From the NCBI GenBank assembly GCA_000934665.2, contig KZ538393.1, positions 62,001 through 91,404 on the forward strand: a DNA stretch of 29,404 bases. Direction: 5' to 3'. Below the pieces are notes generated by a model. The model was not told the origin of the DNA. It saw only the letters and a list, made by a program, of their open reading frames with translations, and made no database searches. A program made the position numbers and the translations under genes. This stretch comes from Catajapyx aquilonaris. Its lineage: Eukaryota. Numbering within the stretch: position 1 is the stretch's first letter; every line of letters starts with the position of its first letter. This document shows, one piece after another, positions 21,112-29,404 of the stretch.

Positions 21112-24100
21112 TAGCCACGTATACACTAAATAAGGTTGCCTACTATGTCTCAAACATTTATTTTTTTTAAAAAAAGGTCGCTTCAAAAAAATGGCTTTGT
21201 TGGTTGAAAAGAGGTTGCTTTTCTTTAAAACTTGTTTCTGGAGCAAACAAGCACCCCTCTGCATAACAGCACCAGCTATGAGATAAATCCGAAATCTTAT
21301 TACGCGGAGTAAAATGGGGGTAGGTCATTCCATGCAGTTTGTAAGGGAGACACTGGGAAGCACCAGTCCAACCAGCTCTTTCCAACACTTGCTTCCACTG
21401 CCAACAGATGGTGGGAAACCATCGATTGTGTGGGCCGTTGGCGCCATTCACAAACTCTTCATTTTGTACAGGGATGTGACCTAATGGAGCACAACAGACG
21501 GGGTTTATTCGTTGACCTGTTAATAAAGAAGGAAAATGCTTTGCCTGTGAGAAGTTGCTTAAAAACGCACCTTTTGAAACACGCAAAATCGGTTTATAAA
21601 TTTGTGTAGCGTTGGGTATTCCATCCATCTGTTGGCCCCCATCGAAAACTGCTTTCCCCTTGTACAAGTTGTGAGTTTATCGAACAGGTGGCCTGACACG
21701 CCAAAGCCATTGCCTATATACGTTGCCTTGAAAGCCTGCCACTGCATGGAGCCCCCATCCATGCAGACCCTCTGATTTAGGGTTGCCATAAACCCAGACC
21801 CGGCCTCTCTGCCGGAATATGTGAATATAAAGGTGCCAAAAGGAGGGCTACAAAATGCGTATACATCAGCGTACATCCCCCCCCTCCCCATTCCCCATGT
21901 GGACCCTCATATGCATACGTGATCATGTGTTATGTGTGGTGATTGATGACAATACCCGAGCCCGTTTGTTCTCCCGGCAATTAGTTACAGCAGGAATTAA
22001 ATCGTGTATAAATAACAAATTTATTCTGTCGGGGTGGAAACGAGCGATTTGCATAGCAATCAGTGTGAGTTTTGCGTGTGGGGCGCCTCCTGTGGCCCAC
22101 ACAAACACATCCACAGCATCAGCACACAACTGTCACAAAGATGATGCAACCGTACAATACCTACTCGACATTTTTAAAAATGTATTTTTTTCACTCTCTT
22201 TGCAAATTGTGTACAGTACAGGGTGGTACGCTTCAGGCTAAATATGCAAATCGAGTGCGTGTCTTGGTTTAGGTGTGTGATGCATGCAAAATGATGATGT
22301 GGTGCTGGGGAGGTGCTGGCTCTCTCTCTCCCTCTGAAAAAGAAAAACACCAAGAATGGTCCACACAAGGTGGCCTTTTCATGCCGGCCTCCTCTTGTTA
22401 TGATAACTGGGGATCGCCTCTTGCGTTTGTTGATTTTGTTACCTCTCGGCCGGACTGGAGTGTGTGTCTGAATGGAGAGAGTGGCCCGATGGTGGATGGA
22501 CCCTCTAGTATTGCTTGGTGCTTGTGGACCGACACAAGGGCCCTGATGCCACGTCGGATTTTTATATTGTGGATCGAGGCTCTCCCCACCAGACCAGCCA
22601 TCAGCACTTCAACGGACACCAGCAGGGTTTTTTTTTCTTCATTCGCGGCTAAGAGTGACCCAGGATCTAGAGTGGAGTGACCTAGTCGCAAAGTGGCATT
22701 CCAGGATATCCTTCTTAGCATTTGGACACATGATGATGACGGCTCGGATTCTGTTGATTCTCTCAAATTAAACAACTCGCAATTAAGTGGGACAATATAA
22801 GACACTGTGTTACATCAATTTAATTAAGGAAATGGCTTACAGCCTCACTGATTATAACATTTTAGAATAGCTTAATATTTTGCATGTTTTAAAACAATGA
22901 TATCATGTCAGGCACATTGAATAAACTGGACTTAAACACAGGTATTGCATAGTAATGTTAATTAATCCATGCTGCAATTGGAAAATGTTTGTTGCATTGT
23001 CTCCAAAAAACTGCAACTATACCAAGTTTTTAAATTACAAACGCTAGTTATCTTTTAATGACACGTTTAAAACACGCTTTGCGAGTTTAGGAGAATCAAT
23101 ACCGTGTATAACATGTCTTGTCTTCAGAATCACTGGTTTTGCTAAATTTCGGGTCAGTTTTGTTTTTATGGCCATTTTTTTACTGCATAGAAAATCTGAC
23201 TATTATTTATGGCACGTCTCATCCCAAATTGCAGCGGATGTTTTTGGCGTGGCCACGGTAACATAACGCTTCAACCAGTCATACAATAAGTTGCCAAAAA
23301 ACGGTCAAACGTTCTATTCAGTCATTATTAGTCAGTCATTGCAAGCAATAGTAATGTATAGGTTATAAACAAGGTCGTTATGAAGAGCTATATATCGCAA
23401 AAACTAATATTTATCTGAATTTAATCAAATTCATTCATTTTGTGATAAATATTACATCTCGCTTAATTCTATTGTCATTTACCCAATGATACCCTGTAAC
23501 ACTGTTGATATTTTAGCATCAAAGCTGAGATGAAACGATATTATTTTTTTGTCCCTGAATAGAGTGTCGAGGCAAAAATAACAAACCCCGCGCCATGATC
23601 GAGCAAAAGCATCAGGGTTTGGCAACACGGCGTGGCCACTCTTTGCCATAGGGGCCTCTGAAAAAGGGAAGCCTATTTACCCCGGCCGACCATCTGAATA
23701 AACGAAATCTGATTTGGAATGTCCGCAAACAAAGGGGGCAGCGCTCATAATTGCCGGATTACTTATTTGCTTTGCACTGTTTTGAATGACAAGTGAAGTG
23801 CCATTCAGAGGCGTGAATGCCCTTTCCCCCCTCACTTCTCTCTACCTCTCTACCTCACCTATCCCCCTCCACCCCTTATAACAGCATGGATGGGGCGTGT
23901 ATGGGGGTTTGATTCTTGGGTTCTTCAGCTCCCCCGACCTTTTGTGCGCTTCCTGTCCCCCCTGAAAAAGCAAACGGACAGGGGGTCCTGCTGTCAGCAG
24001 AGTCCCAAGGAAGCGCATCCTGGGACTTTTAATCTAAGTGTAATCTGGGGGTTTTAACACCTCGACGTATACAGCTCTCAGGGGGGTTTTTACCCCCTGG

Positions 24101-27100
24101 GGGCCGGACGCCCTGGAAGAAGAACCAAGTCCTTCGATTGTCATTCATGACAGTCAAACAGGGCTTTATGGACAGTGGCACTGGATGGCCAGTCGAGTGG
24201 AAGAAGGCACTTCCCCCTACAGTGTTAGCTGGTGGTCAGGACAGGGAGGATTACAGGGCATCATCATTTGGGCAGGAATTTGGCAGGTCCTTCCGATTCA
24301 GGGGAAACGGTAATAAGAGGAGAGTCTATAGAAATTTGTCAGAGGGAATGTTTGACCAGGAATATTCAGTGTCGTGGTCAAATCCACTGAATAAGTGCAG
24401 GGCGACAAAAGTCACATTTAGTTCAAAATTGTGTAATGCGGACCTTGACAAGTAGTCAAGTTAGCATTCTTCTAGACAAATAATTAGAGGATTATTTTGT
24501 TCAAAACCCACTGGCGATTAAGGCAAACTTCAAATACGAAACAGACATGTCCGAATGTAACATGGGTTATTTTGCATTCTACATCTTCTTCTCTGATAAC
24601 ACATCCAGAATGTCTTGTTCTACATGTAACGCAAGAAAAAAAAGTGCTCTAGGAAACTTACTTTTTAATAATATTGTTTTGAATATGAAATGGCCATTAG
24701 TTGATAGTTTTGGCAGTTTTGAATTAAATACCTTCTCAATTATTTAGACTGGGGTTTCGCTCTTCAGTTCATCGCACCTGAAACTTGTAAGTGCGCTTTC
24801 GGATGAGGATTCAATTAACGTAATAACTCAATACGAGAATAATTTTTCAGTCAATTTGTGCAAAATGATTTTAAACCGAAACGTCAAATGAAAATCATGA
24901 ATAACTCTGATTTATTGCGTCAATATGTAAATTATTGTTATTGAAATGGAGCAGGTGCTATTTCAAGTGTGTAAGAGTGAAAACCCGTCAGCATAATTTA
25001 TAAAAATAGGATATCAGTAGTTCTGGCATCCAGCACGGTAAGAGAGACCAGCAGGACATTCCCTATATTTTGCTTGATTGTTAAAACAAAACATGGCATG
25101 AGATGATCCACACAATAGCGCCAAATGTTCAAAATCATTTATTACGTCCGAGAGACGCTTGTTTGAGAGCAAATTAACCAGAAAATGTACTATTATGTCG
25201 GATTATGTATATTTTGAATACCTATACAAATATATTCGGCCATTTGCATAAGCACCAGGGCATTATAACTTTGTCCATTTGGTCTTCACTGCCTCGTAAC
25301 CGGCGAGATGATGGCTTCAAACACATAAGGAATCGCACATCCTGTCATCAGGTATGTGTCTCTCCGCTCCCTGCCAACATAGGGGCATAAAAAATGACTT
25401 TTTATTATTGCTAATAATAATGATTAGAGTAACATGGCTTTAGAGAGACCAAGCGACACCCTTTTCAAAGCGTGATCCCCAGGAAGAATGTCCTTCATGT
25501 GCTGCACATGTTTTTGTGTGTCACCTCAGATTAATAAATAATTTGGAACATGGCCATTCAACACTCCTTCATTGTGGTGGGACGGTATATGAAGCATCAG
25601 GAAGGGAGAGCAATAATGTTCCCGATGTTGGTGCGGTAGATAACGGAGGGCAGGAGGTCACCGGGTGAAGGGTACCCCCTGCCTGGATGCCCATTGACCC
25701 GGCAGCGAATGGGAGGAGCGGCCTAATCGGTGACCATCCCTCTGCTCGCTTGTCAACCGACCCCCGCGTTTTTCAGTTCTTCCTTTTTCCCTGGGACCAT
25801 CCCCTACATCAGCTGCAAGAATGGGAGGCTAATGGGCTGTTGTGATGGCCCCCGCTGAGTCTTCATTAAGGCGTCGACGTCAAGGTGACGGCTCACTCGC
25901 GAGCCATTTGACCATCAGCAGCAAGGAATGAGGGGACCAGCCAAGCAGCCTTAAGAAACGGAACACAACACCAGCCTCCTGTGTACATCATCCCATTACG
26001 CGGTTAATCCGTTCCGGGGTTGGGCGGCTGCCGTTACCAACAGGTAAAAGGACGGTCCATGTCGTGCTGAGATGTGTTTGCTTATTCCAACAAGAGCAGC
26101 AGGAGAAAAGGGCCCTGCTGCTGTAACAGTACTCTGGAGGAAAGGTTGGAGTTACAGGAAGTTCGCTGCAAAATAATCTCCTTTGTCGAAGGCATGACCT
26201 GCTGATGTCTGTAATGGAATTAGCAGCCGCCGGACACACACTGGTTGCAAGCAGCCTGTTTCGGATTGAACTCTCGCGACTTTTGGCAGCATCCAACTTG
26301 GACGATTTGCCCACAGGGCCAATTTGGACCCCACCTGCAGCTCCGGAGACAACCGCAGAAGCTCCGCCGAAAAAGTGTGGTGCATGCCCCAGGAAAAGCT
26401 TTTCCAGTCCGAGCCTTGCGGGTCTGAAAGCCCGTGGGTAATTGCATTAGGATCAGCACAAGGGAGGAAGGGAGAAGAGAGAGAGAGAGAGGATAGATAG
26501 ACCCGGGGCGGCGACCGTGGGCCTCCCCTACCCTTTGTCATGCCCAATTTGACGTGGGGGTCGCCTATCCGTCAGGGGACCAACAGATGTCCTGATGGGC
26601 TATGACATGCACGGTTAGGTTTTATTGACGACAACCCCTCTGGAGTAACACGCCCTGGAGGTATAATAATGACATAAGCAAACTGTACGGTTGTTGGCAG
26701 CAATATATGCGCCATTTTACACGATAAATGGCAGCAATGACCGCGTGAGGCTTTGTAATGTCAATATTATGCTGTCTAGAGGACAGGGTGATATACTAAA
26801 GGTCCCTAATTCCTTTCGGATACAGGCTTCTCGAGATATACTGTAAAGCGAAATTACTCTAGTTGATTTTGTCAATTTTGGGTTCATTAAATATTATGAA
26901 TCGCAATTGGTTTGTTATGGCCATGAGCCAATATAGACAGTCAATTGCTCAATTCTGCCAGTGTACAGTCACGATCATAAATTCATCTCCTGCAGGGTTG
27001 CTCAATACATTTTTTTTCCCTGATATACATCCAGTGAAAAGTGTCAGTGTAATAATAGAGCAGCCTTGAAAAGAATTCCATGCGCAGATATTGCCAATCG

Positions 27101-27203
27101 GGCCCAGATTTGTAAGTCATATTATTATGTAACTTCTATTTGGCTTCTATAGTCCCACAAAAAATGCAAGCTTACACAATAAGACGCAGAATTCTCTGAT
27201 TGT

Positions 27204-27450
27204 GAAAAGAAATGTCGAACTGAAATAATTTCTTCAAAGAAGATAAAGCTATTGAGCAGAATTGATGCCAAAGCTGAAAAAATAGATAAAATGAGACAGA
27301 ACATTGAAGGAGAATAATTCGACTAGCAGCTTTGCAAGTTCATCGCCAATAATATAATGTTGGGTCCCTTTATGGCATTTTATAAGTAGTAATACTGTAG
27401 GTCTATTACACGCTGGAGCAAAAGAAGATTGCTAGCTGGCAAAAGATGCG
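27204..27450 (+). pseudogene. Possible heavily decayed pogo/Tigger (CENP-B-like HTH) transposase N-terminal fragment
   Basis: One frame reads EKKCRTEIISSKKIKLLSRIDA..KIDKMRQNIEGE*FD*QLCKFI..SITRWSKRRLLAG. This loosely echoes Tigger KRKR..LEEKIKIL..LD / LD.ALYKWF / GWL.RWKKR motifs in order. It has multiple stops and the similarity was judged by eye only. Confidence 0.3.
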
Positions 27451-28891
27451 ACCTTCAACAGATCATGTGAGACTGAGAAAATCTGAGACTTGTGCCGATA
27501 GAAGAATTTGTTTATTTCTCTGCTTTAATTGACACCATCGTGCGTATACCACTGCAGAAGTACCTGCATTCGGGTTGGTCAAGCTTAGCATCTCTAACGT
27601 ATAGCCTATAGGATTTTATATAAAGGATAAGTTGCTGTTTATTCCTCTGAAAACGGGGTGTATTAGAGAAAGTGTGTTCATTGCCGCTATATGGATAGTA
27701 GAGAATATTAGTAATTAATTTGTAATAAGAATATTGCAACTACGCGTAGTAGCCATATTAACTATTAATAGACAAATAGTCTGCAACAAATCCAATGTAT
27801 TGCAGGTAATAAAGCATTAAGTATACTTATGGCCATGAATCTGAGCACTGAGGAAAAATAATTAACACACAGTAACAGGCATCACAATAAACACAAACTT
27901 TAGTAATATAGGACGACTCGATGTATTGTACGATGTGTAATTATGTTATTTTCATTTCTACACAATTACGCTGCTGTATTGTTGTGTTTAGATAATTGTT
28001 TTAATGTGGTCAAATTGAAGTTAACCACGCAGAGTAAAATTTGTCGCTTCCGCTTGTAATGCTATGCTCCAATAATCCCGCTAGAACAGTCATCATGCAG
28101 CGGTATTTTAGTGAACTGTGTATAGTAGTGTAACTCATGCAACATGGTTCGTTTTTGACAGCTACATTAATTTACATAGTATCAATTTTACTATACGCAG
28201 TCAACTTGATCTACCCTTCCATGCAGCAAGAATTTCCTGTTTTCATTGGTCTTGTTCTAAGTGCATGCTGGTTTTTATTCTGTGCGGTCCAATGAAAATG
28301 TTTATGTTTCATTTGCTTGAATAGCCCAATCCTTATATAATCACTGTAACTGTCAATTTCAGCTACAATCATCATCCAAATATATGCAGAAAAATTTGGG
28401 AATTGACTATTAACCACTAATGGAACCATCATTTTCATCATCAGAAACTGAGTGTTATTTTGGGTGCATCACTTAAGACTTGAAATCTTCACATTGAGCA
28501 GAGTATTTCCGGTGTTTTATTCACATTGTGCACCAGATTAATGACCTTTTCCTAAAATGTCGTGTCGGATGAGTCTTGACGGAGTCTTGACGGGAGTACT
28601 CAAGCTCGGACGAGGGTTGTGCAATCGAGAATAAGTCGAGCAAGCACCGGGGGTCGTTAGAAATGTTCCAAGTTGTAACACAAAGCTGCAGCTTAAGAGC
28701 CTGGTTGACAGCAAGTAAGGAGGCCGTGGAATCTGCGTAGAATGGGGAAGCAGGCACCCAGGAATCAATAGCCTATATAGGCCTCAGCTGCGTGCTTTTC
28801 TCCCCCCAACCAACCAGAAGCAACATGCGCCAGTCTCTATACTAGATCCGCCAACAATTTTTTATATACTCTCTTCTTATATATAGATATA

Positions 28892-28920
28892 CTAGCAGCG
28901 GTACCCGTTCTTCGCACGGG
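28892..28920 (-). mobile_element. Helitron 3' terminus (subterminal hairpin + CTAG); element body extends to the right for an unknown distance
   Basis: The minus strand reads CCCGTGCGAAGAACGGG (hairpin, 28920-28904), 8 nt, then CTAG followed by T. This is the canonical hairpin-CTRR-3' end of Helitrons. Confidence 0.7.
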
Positions 28921-29404
28921 AAAAAAAGAGCGTGGATAATTACACCGAAATCTTCTTAGATCTCAAGCAATATTAAATGCAAAACTGCTCATTCCCTTGC
29001 ATATGTAGGCATTGGAAGGGTGTAAAAATTCTGGTTTGTTTGCGTAATAAAGAGCCACGCAACTATGGCTATGTGGTGATCAGAATACAAAAAGGTGGGA
29101 CAGATGGAGAGAGAAACAAAGAGGAAAAAGAAGAAAGGAAAGACTGGTATATCTTTTAGTCTGTCTCCTATCCCAAAGACCTGTCCAACTTGGGCGGCCC
29201 TATCAGTAGACGAAACTACCGCCGGCATAGCTCTTCAGGATCATGGGAAAACGAAAGCCCACCACCAAGGCAAGGTGGAGATACATTGGGGGGAGGGGAC
29301 AAAAAATTTTGGATAAAAAAATTGGGGGAAGTGCAAAATTTGAAACCATTTACAGGCCTGTTTCTATGGTAATCACCAACAAAATTCTGTTGCCACAGGC
29401 AAAT

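Noticed and set aside
19613..28790. CArG boxes CCTATATAGG at 19613-19622 and 28772-28781 (the latter next to CAGCTG)
   Set aside because: Isolated short motifs with no supporting evidence.
28961..28972. Minus-strand TATTGCTTGAGA matching the 5' part of miR-137
   Set aside because: The match stops after 12 nt, no precursor hairpin is evident, and it lies in the probable Helitron body.
3456..29372. Numerous 60-166 aa ORFs downstream (e.g. 21167-21667, 17149-17598, 22273-22680)
   Set aside because: No recognisable motifs, many non-ATG starts, and homopolymer-derived composition, as expected by chance in non-coding DNA.

Overview
Animal genomic DNA, probably arthropod (inferred from the SKOR sequence and transposon-end types), from a draft assembly with three small N gaps in poly-G/C tracts. 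The only recognisable gene is a spliced, plus-strand SKOR/CORL/fussel (Ski-family) transcriptional corepressor. Its CDS is join(1503..1637,1720..2265,2326..2886,2949..3368), 553 aa, with a probable 5'-UTR intron (1179-1447) and an AATAAA at 3545. The remaining ~26 kb has no recognisable host coding exons. It mixes TAAT-rich, enhancer-like blocks with small mobile-element relics: TA-flanked Tc1/mariner-type MITEs (three foldback elements within ~820 bp at 20.3-21.1 kb), a Helitron 3' end, a probable RTE-LINE 5'-UTR fragment and a possible decayed pogo/Tigger transposase. I see no prokaryotic system, CRISPR array, tRNA or rRNA, and nothing that establishes a new multi-gene system. The best leads lie in the SKOR gene: a stop-free in-frame 60-nt intron, a frame-switching tandem acceptor, a C-terminal CaaX-like end with no coiled coil, a spliced uORF, twin Pumilio elements, and a hairpin over the poly(A) site. 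Homology statements are from memory, not from searches.
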